Shown piece after piece: positions 1-8,916 of a stretch of DNA of 24,443 bases. The notes below the pieces were generated by a model. That model was not told the DNA's origin. It made no database searches and saw only the letters and a program-made list of their open reading frames with translations. Within the stretch, counting starts at the first letter, position 1; the number at the start of each line of letters is the position of its first letter. The position numbers and the translations under genes were made by a program. Source of the stretch: a virus (lineage: Duplodnaviria > Caudoviricetes); the IMG/VR virus record IMGVR_UViG_3300020045_002295, positions 1 to 24,443 of that record; one strand, 5' to 3'.

Positions 1-2
1 TT

Positions 3-731
3 GAATGGTTTGAAAATGAAAATGGAGATTCTGTTTTAATAAATACGGGTTGTTTTACGACTGGATTTTCTCACGATAATGTTGAGGTTATATTTGTAGC
101 TAGAGCAACAAAAAGCCTCGCGCTTTGGATTCAAATGATTGGAAGAGGCGCAAGAAATTCAAAGGATATTGAAAAGCCTTATTTCTTATTAATAGACGGT
201 GGTAATAATAATGAAGAACACGGCATATTTTCATTTGATCGCGATTGGAGAAAAATATTTTTCGATAAACAAAGAAAATCATACTTAAAAGATATGTATG
301 AATGCGAGGATTGCGGTTTCACATTTGAGAAAAAAGATAAAATTTGTCCCAATTGCGGTGCCGAAATTCCAGAAAAAGAAAAACCAGAAGAAGTTGAGCA
401 AAAACTTTTTGAAATTAAAGGTAAAAAAAGCGCGCCAATAATACCGACTTTAGATTTAAATTTCCATATTATTAAGGGTCATTCTAAATATCAGGCATTA
501 AAGATATTAAAAGAAAAATGGATAACTTTTTTATGTAAATTTGATATTCCAAAAAATGATTTTGAATGGCATGAAAGGCATGGTAATTTTAGACAGCGAT
601 TCAAAAAACACCTTTTTTCTGTTTACTTATCCGTATTACGCTCAATTTTAAAAGACGGTAAACACTTAATATACGATACCTTTTGCGATAAAATACTAAC
701 CGAAACTAAAATTAAAAAATATGAAATTTAG
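3..731 (+). CDS. SF2 (DEAD/DEAH-like, RadD/YejH-type) helicase, C-terminal part; 5' truncated by the window
   Basis: The frame is open from nt 3 and reads ...INTGCFTTGFSHDNVEVIFVARATKSLALWIQMIGRGAR (helicase motifs V and VI), followed by a CxxC...CPxCG zinc ribbon. The ORF-track start at 135 is internal. Confidence 0.85.
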   Translation, partial: EWFENENGDSVLINTGCFTTGFSHDNVEVIFVARATKSLALWIQMIGRGARNSKDIEKPYFLLIDGGNNNEEHGIFSFDRDWRKIFFDKQRKSYLKDMYECEDCGFTFEKKDKICPNCGAEIPEKEKPEEVEQKLFEIKGKKSAPIIPTLDLNFHIIKGHSKYQALKILKEKWITFLCKFDIPKNDFEWHERHGNFRQRFKKHLFSVYLSVLRSILKDGKHLIYDTFCDKILTETKIKKYEI

Positions 732-2892
732 TCTATACCAAAATATAAAAGACCTTAATAAAACAGATATTGATCTAAATAATTATATTGAAATAATTAA
801 AAACGGTAAATATCAGGATTTAGTGTTAACGGCTCGAGCATTAAAAAAAGAGCCATTACGATACAAAGAGCTTAAAAACCAAATGCCTTGTATCACAGGT
901 TCTGCAATAATGAACCAAGGCACAAAAGCCGAAAGCAATATTTTAGAATTAAACGGATTGATTGTTATTGATATCGATGAGGATGTAGATTTACAATTGC
1001 TAAATAAAATTAATGAGGATAAATTTACATTTGTTTCGCACCGTTCTTTTGGTGGCGATGGGCTTTGCGTATTTGTAAAAATAAATCCAAATAAGTTTTT
1101 AGAATCATTTAACGAAATAGGTCAATACTATTGGGATAACTTCAATATTATGATTGACCAAAGTTGTAAAAATAAAAATCGTTTACGTTTTTTGAGCTAT
1201 GACCCTTATTTATTTCATAATGAAAAAGCATTAAAATTTATAGCAAAGACAAAGATTATAAAACCAAAAAAACAGGATTTTGTTTTTGTTCAAGATGATT
1301 TTAGCGAGATAATTGATAAATTAAAAGGAATAGATTTATGTCAGGATGATTATAAAAGATATTGTGATATTGGATTTGCGATAGGTTCAAAATTTGGAGA
1401 TTCTGGGCTAAATTATTTTAAAGCAATTTGTCAAAATGGTTCAAAATATAACGAAAAAGATATTGAAAAGCATTATAAAAACTTTTGCAAGGGTGGAAAT
1501 ATTACGATAGCTACTTTTTATCATTACGTAAAAGAGGAAGGAATAGAAGTATATTCTGAAATTACAAAGAAAACTATTGCTACGGTAGCAATGCAAAAAA
1601 CGCAAGGCACCCCGACAATCGAAAGTGTAAAACGCCATGTTGTAGAAGTTTTAAAATTAGAAGCTCCAAAAGATGAATTGATTCAAAGTATAATTGATTC
1701 TAAAATTGAATTTCAATTAGATAGTGAAGAAACAGAAGTAAATCAATTAAAGAATTTTATACTGGAAAATTATAAACCATTCCGGGATTCAATCACAAAT
1801 GAAATTTTTATAAACGAAAAGATTTTAGATGACATAAAACTAAACTCAATTTATTTTTCTGCAAAGAATTGCCTTGATTTTAACGTTAATAAATCAGATG
1901 TTCGCGATATGATAAACAGCGAAGCAACGCCGACAATCAACCCATTAAATGAATTTTTTAGCATTAAAGAATTTGAAACCGGAAACATCGAAAAATATGC
2001 AGATTGTATTTATCCACAAAGTGAATATAATCGTTGGGCATTTAAAAAATGGTTAGTTGGATCGGTTCACAATTGGATTAGTCCGCACCACGAAACAAAA
2101 GTTTCTCCTTTAACTTTAGTTCTTTGTGGTCAAAAACAAGGTACTGGAAAAACTTCTTTCTTTCGTAATTTACTACCAAAAGAGTTACGAAAATATCTAA
2201 TTGAACACAGAATAGACGCAAAGGATAAAGATTCAATTTACAATCTTGTAAAAGGGCTTTTAGTTCTTGATGATGAGTTTGGAGGTTTAGCCACAAAAGA
2301 CGTGAAAGACTTTAAAAAGATAGCAGATGCAAATCAAATCGATATAAGATTACCTTATAGTGCTTTTTACTCAAAAATGAAACGTAAAGCATCTTTATGC
2401 GGCACAAGTAATGAGAGTGATATATTAAAAGATGTTACCGGAAATAGACGTATTTTGCCAATTAATGTGCAAAGTATCGATTATGATACGATGATAAAAA
2501 TTAATACAGACGATTTATGGCGCGAAGTTTTTAAATTATGGCGTGAAGATTTTGATTGGAAAATTTATAGTTCAGATGATACGGATTATTTGAATAAAAA
2601 TACAGGTTCAAATTTAGAAATTATGCCAGTAGAAGAAATATTTTTTCAGCATTTTTCACTTGTTGAAGATGATATTTACAGCGAAGAAACAATTATGAAT
2701 CAGGGTCAAATATTACACAAATTAAATATTATTACCCCAGTGCAGATAAGTAAGTATGATATTAAGAATATATTTACAAAAAACAAGATTACATACAAAA
2801 GTTTTAAACGAAATGGAAAAGTAATTTTTGGATTTAAGTTTTTTATCATACCTAACGTAAAAAGCGAATATAACCAAGATGTACCTTTTTAA
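721..2892 (+). CDS. Primase/helicase: BT4734-like (VirE N-terminal) primase domain + PriCT-2 + VapE/VirE P-loop ATPase
   Basis: N-terminal K..MPCIT...IVIDID...SFGGDGL...DQSCKN..RLRFLSYDP; PriCT-2-like YKRYCDIGFAI...ITIATFYH; Walker A GQKQGTGKT; Walker B VLDDE; GTSN...LKDVTGNRR. Confidence 0.85.
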   Translation: MKFSLYQNIKDLNKTDIDLNNYIEIIKNGKYQDLVLTARALKKEPLRYKELKNQMPCITGSAIMNQGTKAESNILELNGLIVIDIDEDVDLQLLNKINEDKFTFVSHRSFGGDGLCVFVKINPNKFLESFNEIGQYYWDNFNIMIDQSCKNKNRLRFLSYDPYLFHNEKALKFIAKTKIIKPKKQDFVFVQDDFSEIIDKLKGIDLCQDDYKRYCDIGFAIGSKFGDSGLNYFKAICQNGSKYNEKDIEKHYKNFCKGGNITIATFYHYVKEEGIEVYSEITKKTIATVAMQKTQGTPTIESVKRHVVEVLKLEAPKDELIQSIIDSKIEFQLDSEETEVNQLKNFILENYKPFRDSITNEIFINEKILDDIKLNSIYFSAKNCLDFNVNKSDVRDMINSEATPTINPLNEFFSIKEFETGNIEKYADCIYPQSEYNRWAFKKWLVGSVHNWISPHHETKVSPLTLVLCGQKQGTGKTSFFRNLLPKELRKYLIEHRIDAKDKDSIYNLVKGLLVLDDEFGGLATKDVKDFKKIADANQIDIRLPYSAFYSKMKRKASLCGTSNESDILKDVTGNRRILPINVQSIDYDTMIKINTDDLWREVFKLWREDFDWKIYSSDDTDYLNKNTGSNLEIMPVEEIFFQHFSLVEDDIYSEETIMNQGQILHKLNIITPVQISKYDIKNIFTKNKITYKSFKRNGKVIFGFKFFIIPNVKSEYNQDVPF

Positions 2893-2906
2893 CTACAAAA
2901 CAGACT

Positions 2907-3120
2907 AAAAAGGTAATAAGGTAATAAAAAGGTAATAAAAAAATATTACCTATTAAACCCAATGAGAATAGTACTTAAGGCAAAAGGTAAGGAGTAATAT
3001 AAAATTTATATAAACTCTATAATTATTTTCATTTTACATTATTACGCATTATAATGATTTTTTATTTTTTATTTACTAAAGTTTTTTTAAAAATATTACC
3101 CTAAAAAATATTACCTATTA
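2907..3120. repeat. Iteron-like repeat cluster, putative replication origin
   Basis: AGGTAATA at 2911, 2919 and 2930; inverted TATTACC(T/C) at 2944, 3094 and 3109; 18-bp direct repeat AAAAAATATTACCTATTA at 2938-2955 and 3103-3120; very AT-rich core; lies directly after the primase gene. Confidence 0.65.
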
Positions 3121-3446
3121 TGACAGAAAATCAATTACAACAACAAATTATTATTTGGTATAAAAACAATTACCAAATTAACGGAAAAGGATTAATATTT
3201 AGCGTTCCTAACGGTGGCTCACGTCACATATTAGAAGCAAAAACATTAAAGGCAACTGGACAAATGGCTGGGGTTTCAGATTTGATAATATTGAAACCAG
3301 AAGGAAAAACAATCTTTGTCGAAGTTAAAGTAGAAAAAGGCATTCAAAGCGAAGTTCAAAAAGTATTTGAAACCAAAGTAAAAGATTTAGGATTTGAATA
3401 TTATTTAGTAAGATCATTAGAACAATTCAAACAAATAAAATTATGA
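3120..3446 (+). CDS. VRR-NUC domain nuclease (PD-(D/E)xK)
   Basis: TE..LQ..I, SVPNGGSR, GVSDL, FVEVK...Q...Q motifs; typical position beside helicase and primase. Confidence 0.9.
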   Translation: MTENQLQQQIIIWYKNNYQINGKGLIFSVPNGGSRHILEAKTLKATGQMAGVSDLIILKPEGKTIFVEVKVEKGIQSEVQKVFETKVKDLGFEYYLVRSLEQFKQIKL

Positions 3447-3622
3447 AAGCAGATAAACAAAAATTAGATATGATATTAAATTATTATACTCAAAACGAAT
3501 TAGCAATTGAACTAGGTATAACTCAATGGAGATTATTATTGAATATTCAAAATGATTCTTTCGATGTAATAGATATTGATAATATTAATTATATTTTCGA
3601 TAATTTAAATGAGCACAAATGA
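3443..3622 (+). CDS. Small 59-aa protein, HTH-like (not in the ORF track)
   Basis: ATGA overlaps at both ends; MKADKQKLDMILNYYTQNELAIELGITQWRL... contains an HTH-like TQNELAIELGIT. Confidence 0.6.
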   Translation: MKADKQKLDMILNYYTQNELAIELGITQWRLLLNIQNDSFDVIDIDNINYIFDNLNEHK

Positions 3623-3750
3623 AACCAATCGAAATAACCTGTATTTGTCCATCCGGATTAAAATACACAAAAGACCACGTTACAGTGATGAAAGAATTTA
3701 GAAAAATAGTAATGAATTATTTAAAAATTAAAAGGATAGAGAAATTATGA
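3619..3750 (+). CDS. Hypothetical 43-aa protein (not in the ORF track)
   Basis: MKPIEITCICPSGLKY...KRIEKL; ATGA-coupled to both neighbours. Confidence 0.55.
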   Translation: MKPIEITCICPSGLKYTKDHVTVMKEFRKIVMNYLKIKRIEKL

Positions 3751-4061
3751 AATTAACAGGGAAATGCAAGGAAGAATTTGAAAAAAGCTTAATTTTTAAG
3801 TTTACAGTAGAATATTATGAATTTGGAATAAGCGAAAATGAAATATTGTTAAACGCTCTTATAATCGAGTTCTTTGATTCGGTGGGGATTTATATAACCG
3901 TAATGGCTTGCAATGACAAAACATTTGATTCTGAACTACGAAATAATAAAATAAACATTATGACAAGTCAGTTTATGGAAAAACGCACCGAAGCGATCAA
4001 CGAAGCAATTATTAAAGCAAATGAAATTTTTAACTTAAATAAACAAAACAATGGAAACTAA
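3747..4061 (+). CDS. Hypothetical phage protein
   Basis: 104-aa ORF, translationally coupled; no motif recognised. Confidence 0.7.
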   Translation: MKLTGKCKEEFEKSLIFKFTVEYYEFGISENEILLNALIIEFFDSVGIYITVMACNDKTFDSELRNNKINIMTSQFMEKRTEAINEAIIKANEIFNLNKQNNGN

Positions 4062-4182
4062 ATTCACAAAAGCTATGGCGTATTTTAACAGCGTAATTGA
4101 TACTTCGATATTTGGATCTGATGAGTATAAAAAACTTTGTGCATTAAAATTTAGATATATTCAAGATTATTCCGTAATTTAG
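4051..4182 (+). CDS. Hypothetical 43-aa protein (not in the ORF track)
   Basis: METKFTKAMAYFNSVID...DYSVI; A-rich start context; overlaps the upstream stop; followed by a terminator. Confidence 0.5.
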   Translation: METKFTKAMAYFNSVIDTSIFGSDEYKKLCALKFRYIQDYSVI

Positions 4183-4205
4183 CATCTCATAATTAATTAA
4201 TTTTT

Positions 4206-4241
4206 ACCGCTTTTGATTTTAGGGTTGGAAGCGGTTTTTTT
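4206..4241 (+). terminator. Intrinsic terminator ending the replication module
   Basis: Stem ACCGCTT/AAGCGGT, extendable with G-U pairs, followed by a T-run. Confidence 0.65.
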
Positions 4242-4242
4242 G

Positions 4243-4250
4243 TATCTTTG
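4243..4250 (+). promoter_or_regulatory. Bacteroidota sigma70 -7 box (TATCTTTG) for terS
   Basis: Matches TAnnTTTG, sits just after the terminator and 4 nt before ATG 4255. Confidence 0.65.
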
Positions 4251-4254
4251 TTTT

Positions 4255-4626
4255 ATGGCATACGATAAAAACGATATTTTAGAAAAAGCAAAACAAGCTA
4301 TAAAAGATAATTCTCTATACTTCATTGAGGATGTTGTTGCTTTTTTGCCTATTGTTAAAACTACTTTTTACGAATTTTTTCCTATTGAATCGGACGAAAT
4401 GAACGATATAAAAGAACTTTTAGACGATAATAAAATATCAATGAAAGTAAAACTTAGAAGGAAATTAAGTGAAGGAGACAAGGCGGCCGAGATATTGGCC
4501 CTATATAAACTTATAGCAACAGACGACGAAAGACGTGCTTTATCTATGCAACATATTGACCACACTACAAAAGGCGAAAGCGTAAACGTAATATCGCTAG
4601 GAACTGGAATAAATCCAAATGAATAA
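4255..4626 (+). CDS. terS: Terminase small subunit (probable)
   Basis: Upstream of terL; C-terminal IDHTTKGESVNVISLG typical of phage TerS. ATG 4255 is preferred because the track start (TTG 4213) lies inside the terminator hairpin. Confidence 0.7.
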   Translation: MAYDKNDILEKAKQAIKDNSLYFIEDVVAFLPIVKTTFYEFFPIESDEMNDIKELLDDNKISMKVKLRRKLSEGDKAAEILALYKLIATDDERRALSMQHIDHTTKGESVNVISLGTGINPNE

Positions 4627-4629
4627 ACC

Positions 4630-5268
4630 ATGATAGGAATTTATAAAGTCACTTCTCCAGCAAAAAAAATATACATTGGACAAAGTGTAGATATTAAATC
4701 TAGATTGTCTAAATATAAAAAATTAAACTGTAAGTCACAACCTAAACTATACCGGTCTTTATTAAAATACGGAGTCGACAATCATATTTTTGAAACAATA
4801 ATAGAGTGCGAAGTTTCAGAATTAAATGACAAAGAAAGGTATTACCAAGAGTTATATAATTGTGTTGAAATAGGATTAAATTGTATGCTTCAAAGAACAG
4901 ATAATAAAAGACAATTAATGTCAGATGAAACTAAACTAAAAATAAGTAAAACTACAAAAGGAAAAGTATTTTCAAAAGAAACTAAACTAAAATTATCAAT
5001 ATCGTTGTCAGGAGTTGAAAAAAGCGAAACGCATAAAAAAAACATGTCTTTATCTTTAAGTGGCAAATATAATAGAAAACACAATAAAAATACTATTTTA
5101 AAAATGAGTGTTTTTAATAAAAATTCTAGAATTGTTTTAGATTTAAACACAGGTGTTTTTTATAATTCGTCTGTTGATTTAGCTAATTTATTGCGTATAA
5201 AATATAGTACTGTTAATTCTTGGCTAAGCGGACAGAACACAAATAAAACACAATATGTCAGGGTTTAG
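4630..5268 (+). CDS. Free-standing GIY-YIG homing endonuclease with NUMOD3-like repeats
   Basis: MIGIYKVTSP..KIYIGQS..I..R; conserved E (ERYY) and N (GLN); repeats SDETKLKIS / SKETKLKLS / SETHKKNMS; C-terminal NUMOD1/HTH-like DLNTGVFYNS..DLA. Confidence 0.9.
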   Translation: MIGIYKVTSPAKKIYIGQSVDIKSRLSKYKKLNCKSQPKLYRSLLKYGVDNHIFETIIECEVSELNDKERYYQELYNCVEIGLNCMLQRTDNKRQLMSDETKLKISKTTKGKVFSKETKLKLSISLSGVEKSETHKKNMSLSLSGKYNRKHNKNTILKMSVFNKNSRIVLDLNTGVFYNSSVDLANLLRIKYSTVNSWLSGQNTNKTQYVRV

Positions 5269-6562
5269 ACTGATAAAAAAGCAAGAATACGCAGTTTATT
5301 ATCTAAAAGATAGTACAACTAAAGAGGTTCTTTATGGAGGTGCGGCCGGTGGAGGTAAGTCTGCTTTGGGTGTTTTATGGTTAATTGAACAATGTCAAAA
5401 CTATTCCGGCACGCGTTGGTTAATGGGTAGGGCAAAATTAAAAACGCTTAAAGAAACCACTTTAAACACATTCTTTGATTTATCATCACAATTAAAAATA
5501 ACAGATCAATTTACATTCAATGGACAAAATGGCGTTATTTATTGGAATAATGGAAGCGAAATTCTGTTAAAAGATTTATACAGCTATCCGGCCGATCCAA
5601 ATTTCGACTCATTGGGCTCTTTGGAAATAACAGGGGCATTTATTGATGAGTGCAACCAAATAAGTTATAAAGCGTGGCAAATTGTAACGTCGCGTATTCG
5701 TTATAAATTAAACGAATTTAACCTTATTCCTAAAATTTTAGGAAGTTGCAATCCTGCTAAAAACTGGACGTATTCAAAGTTTTATATTCCTAACTCAAAC
5801 GGAACGATAAGCGATACTAAGAAATTCATTCAGTCATTACCTACTGATAATCCAAACTTACCAGCGTCTTATTTAGAATCATTATTAGCATTAGACGAAA
5901 ATAGCAAACAACGTCTTTACTATGGGAATTGGGAATACGACAACGACCCGAGCAAATTGATTGATTATGATAAAATAAATAATTGTTTTTCAAATGAATT
6001 TATCGATGCAGGACAAATGTATATAAGTGCCGATATTGCGCGTTATGGTAGCGATAAAATGGTGGTTTGTGTATGGAGTGGATTTCGAGTTGTCGAAGTG
6101 TTTTCTTTGTCTAAAAGCTCGGTAATTGAAACAGCCGAGGCTATACGTGGATTATCGACAAAATGGAAAGTTCCAAATAGTAACATTATTGCCGATGAGG
6201 ACGGTGTAGGCGGAGGTGTAATTGACATTTTAAAATGCAAAGGATTTGTTAATAATTCACGTGCTTTAAAAGAGGAAAATGTAATCGTTGAATATCAAAA
6301 CTTAAAAACGCAATGTTATTATAAATTGGCTGCTAAAATTCAAAACAATGAAATCTATATAAATTGTCCTGATGGAACTATGCAGGACGATATAATTAAA
6401 GAATTAGAACAAGTAAAAAGAGATAAAATAGATAGTGATGGCAAACTTAGAATAGTGCCAAAAGAAAAAGTAAAAGAGAATATTGGACGGTCACCGGATT
6501 ATTCAGATGCTTTGGCTTTTAGGATGTATTTTGAATTAGCGCCTAAATTTTTCACTTTCTAA
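5255..6562 (+). CDS. terL: Terminase large subunit
   Basis: Walker A YGGAAGGGKS, Walker B AFIDEC, coupling motif GSCNP, nuclease aspartates in SADIARYGSD and SPDYSDALA. Confidence 0.95.
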   Translation: MSGFRLIKKQEYAVYYLKDSTTKEVLYGGAAGGGKSALGVLWLIEQCQNYSGTRWLMGRAKLKTLKETTLNTFFDLSSQLKITDQFTFNGQNGVIYWNNGSEILLKDLYSYPADPNFDSLGSLEITGAFIDECNQISYKAWQIVTSRIRYKLNEFNLIPKILGSCNPAKNWTYSKFYIPNSNGTISDTKKFIQSLPTDNPNLPASYLESLLALDENSKQRLYYGNWEYDNDPSKLIDYDKINNCFSNEFIDAGQMYISADIARYGSDKMVVCVWSGFRVVEVFSLSKSSVIETAEAIRGLSTKWKVPNSNIIADEDGVGGGVIDILKCKGFVNNSRALKEENVIVEYQNLKTQCYYKLAAKIQNNEIYINCPDGTMQDDIIKELEQVKRDKIDSDGKLRIVPKEKVKENIGRSPDYSDALAFRMYFELAPKFFTF

Positions 6563-6573
6563 ATTTATTTACA

Positions 6574-6586
6574 TATATTTACATAA
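6574..6586 (+). promoter_or_regulatory. Putative -7 box variant TATATTTACATAA upstream of portal
   Basis: An identical 13-mer occurs at 12924-12936 upstream of the tail tube gene; it resembles TAnnTTTG with G changed to A. Confidence 0.45.
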
Positions 6587-6597
6587 AATTTAATAAA

Positions 6598-7962
6598 ATG
6601 GCAGTAAATAGATTTCGTTTAGCGTTGGACGTACTTTTAAATCCAAATAAAAACTATTTTAACGAGGCATTATATAAGTCAATAGGCGGAATTACAACCA
6701 CTTATAACTGTACTTTAGAAACTTTGATAACTAAAGGTTATGGAGAAAATCCAGACGTAAACGCTATTGTCAACCAAATGGCAAGCAAAACAACTGCAGT
6801 TCCATACATTATCAAGCCAATTGACGACGAAAAAGCATATAAGAAATTAAAACGTTTCCCCAACGATACTACTTTTTTACAGAAAAAACAACTGCAATTA
6901 CTGATTAAAGAAGCGTATGATGATGTGGAGCAAAAAATGCCGTTAGATAAGCCTAATCCAAATCAAACGTGGGAAGAAATTATTTATTTGTATAAAATAT
7001 ATTTGAAAGTTTGTGGTAATGTTTATTTTTATCGTTTGTCTAATGTAATGGGTGTGCCAATTGGTTTGTACATCCTGCCAAGTCATTGGGTACAGATTGT
7101 TTTAAAAAACAATGCACATAGTTTATCAGTTGAGGATCCGATTGATTATTATGTATTAGAACAAGGAAATCAATTTATTAAATTCGACAATGAAAGTATC
7201 ATTCATATTAAGCGTTCAAATCCTTTTTACAATCAAAATGGCTCACATTTATACGGCTATAGTGAATTAATGGCAGCTATTAGAAACATTAATAGTTCTA
7301 ATAGCGGAATTGACAACAATGTCAAAACAATGCAGAATAGCGGAGTTTATGGATTTATTCACGCGGGCGACGGTCAAAGTCCTTTAACTCACGAACAAGG
7401 GCAAGACTTAAAGCAGAGGCTTGTCGATATGGATAACACAAAAGGCAGGTTGTCTAATATTGCCGGAGCGAGTGCAAAATTAGGTTTTACCCGTATTTCT
7501 TTAACAACAGACGAATTAAAACCGTTTGATTATTTAAGCAATGATAAACGAACTTTATGTAATTGCCTTAATTGGCCAATTGATTTATTGAACGAAGAAA
7601 GAAGCGGAACAGGTTTTGGAGTCGATGGAGTTATTGAAGCGCGCAAAAGAGCTATAACCGATAACATTAAACCTGATTTGGATTTATTAGCAGGATATTT
7701 GAACTTGGAATTTATACAAAAATTCAAAGGATACGAAAAAAGCGTTATCGAGTTTGATATTAGCGAACTTCCAGAAATGCAAACAGATATATCGAAAATG
7801 ATTGAATGGATGGTTAAAGCACCTTTGACGTTGAATGAAATTCGCGAGGCAATCAATTACGAATCTATGGACGATGAAAATATGGACGTGATTTATATTA
7901 GTTCGACTTCAAAAAGAATTGATGATCCTAGTGTAACTGATATGACAGATGGACAAGCTTAG
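6598..7962 (+). CDS. Portal protein (HK97-like)
   Basis: Follows terL; PNPNQTW.E.....YLKVCGNVY, LYILPS, IIHIK..NP, LYGYS.L, TLNEIRE. Confidence 0.95.
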   Translation: MAVNRFRLALDVLLNPNKNYFNEALYKSIGGITTTYNCTLETLITKGYGENPDVNAIVNQMASKTTAVPYIIKPIDDEKAYKKLKRFPNDTTFLQKKQLQLLIKEAYDDVEQKMPLDKPNPNQTWEEIIYLYKIYLKVCGNVYFYRLSNVMGVPIGLYILPSHWVQIVLKNNAHSLSVEDPIDYYVLEQGNQFIKFDNESIIHIKRSNPFYNQNGSHLYGYSELMAAIRNINSSNSGIDNNVKTMQNSGVYGFIHAGDGQSPLTHEQGQDLKQRLVDMDNTKGRLSNIAGASAKLGFTRISLTTDELKPFDYLSNDKRTLCNCLNWPIDLLNEERSGTGFGVDGVIEARKRAITDNIKPDLDLLAGYLNLEFIQKFKGYEKSVIEFDISELPEMQTDISKMIEWMVKAPLTLNEIREAINYESMDDENMDVIYISSTSKRIDDPSVTDMTDGQA

Positions 7963-8680
7963 ACAACGTCAAGAAATAACCACGTATCGAATAGTAAGGC
8001 GCAATGTATTGAAAATTACAAATGGAATACCATTTAATAATATTAGTAAGTTAACCGTGCAATCGTTAATTTATTCTAATGTTACGATTAGCCAAATTAA
8101 AGAAATGTTCTTAGAAATATATACGACATTAGGAAAACCACAATATAAAAGAAGTCAAAAAGACGGTATTGATTTTGAAATGATTATTTCGCAATGGCTA
8201 AATGAAAGTGCGGGATTAAGAATTGTTTCAGTACATCAAACTTTGATTGATTCTATTATAAATGTAATTGCTAAAGGATATGAGGATAATATTTCAGTTG
8301 CAGACATAACACGAAATTTACAGCGTCAATTTGGATGGTATAAATACCAAGCGTTACGAATTGCAAGAACTGAAACTACAACCGCAACTAATTACGCAAC
8401 TGTTTTATCTAGTCAACAATCTGAATGGGTGCAAGTAAAGAAATGGATTTCGGTTCAAGATAATAGAACGCGCAGACCGCCTCATTCAATTTATGACCAT
8501 TTAGATATGAATGGCCAAATAGTAGATGAATTTAGTCCGTTTTTTGTAGGTGGCGAAAATATAGAGTTTCCGGGTGACCCAAAAGCAAAAGCAGGAAACG
8601 TTATAAATTGCCGTTGTAAGATTGTGTATTTATTAAAAGAAGACGCGGATGGATTGCCGATAAGAAAAATAAAAAAATAG
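7949..8680 (+). CDS. Minor head/head morphogenesis protein (Mu gpF / SPP1 gp7-like)
   Basis: RIARTET, K.W....D.RTR...H, FPGDP.....VINCRC. Confidence 0.9.
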   Translation: MDKLRQRQEITTYRIVRRNVLKITNGIPFNNISKLTVQSLIYSNVTISQIKEMFLEIYTTLGKPQYKRSQKDGIDFEMIISQWLNESAGLRIVSVHQTLIDSIINVIAKGYEDNISVADITRNLQRQFGWYKYQALRIARTETTTATNYATVLSSQQSEWVQVKKWISVQDNRTRRPPHSIYDHLDMNGQIVDEFSPFFVGGENIEFPGDPKAKAGNVINCRCKIVYLLKEDADGLPIRKIKK

Positions 8681-8685
8681 AAATT

Positions 8686-8868
8686 ATGAAAAAAGCAGAC
8701 ATTTATTTTGATGGACAAATAATAAAAACAGTTGAGTGCGACGGCGTACACGTGGAATTATCTAAAGACGCTACTTTTTTGGTTGTAGGAAAAGATGTTA
8801 TTCCAAAAAAAGTAGCTGCAATAGTGCCTTTTAACCACTTGATAATTTTTACAGAAATAAAAGAATAA
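8686..8868 (+). CDS. Hypothetical 60-aa protein in the head module
   Basis: Fills the gap between two head genes; A-rich start context. Confidence 0.6.
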   Translation: MKKADIYFDGQIIKTVECDGVHVELSKDATFLVVGKDVIPKKVAAIVPFNHLIIFTEIKE

Positions 8869-8876
8869 AAAAATAA

Positions 8877-8912
8877 TTATTTAGACTAAATAAAAATAAT
8901 TTAATATATTTG
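8877..8912 (+). promoter_or_regulatory. Palindrome TTATTTAG-A-CTAAATAA plus -7 box TATATTTG for the protease/capsid unit
   Basis: Perfect 8-1-8 inverted repeat at 8877-8893; TATATTTG at 8905-8912; ATG at 8917. Confidence 0.55.
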
Positions 8913-8916
8913 TATT

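Noticed and set aside
2907-3120. CRISPR-like or mini-array reading of the repeats
   Set aside because: Repeats are 8-18 bp, in both orientations and irregularly spaced, which fits iterons better.
4213-4254. Track start of terS at TTG 4213
   Set aside because: It lies within the terminator hairpin and upstream of the promoter box; ATG 4255 fits better.
4627-5268. Group I intron hosting the GIY-YIG gene
   Set aside because: There is no non-coding flank for a ribozyme core, and terS and terL both appear intact.
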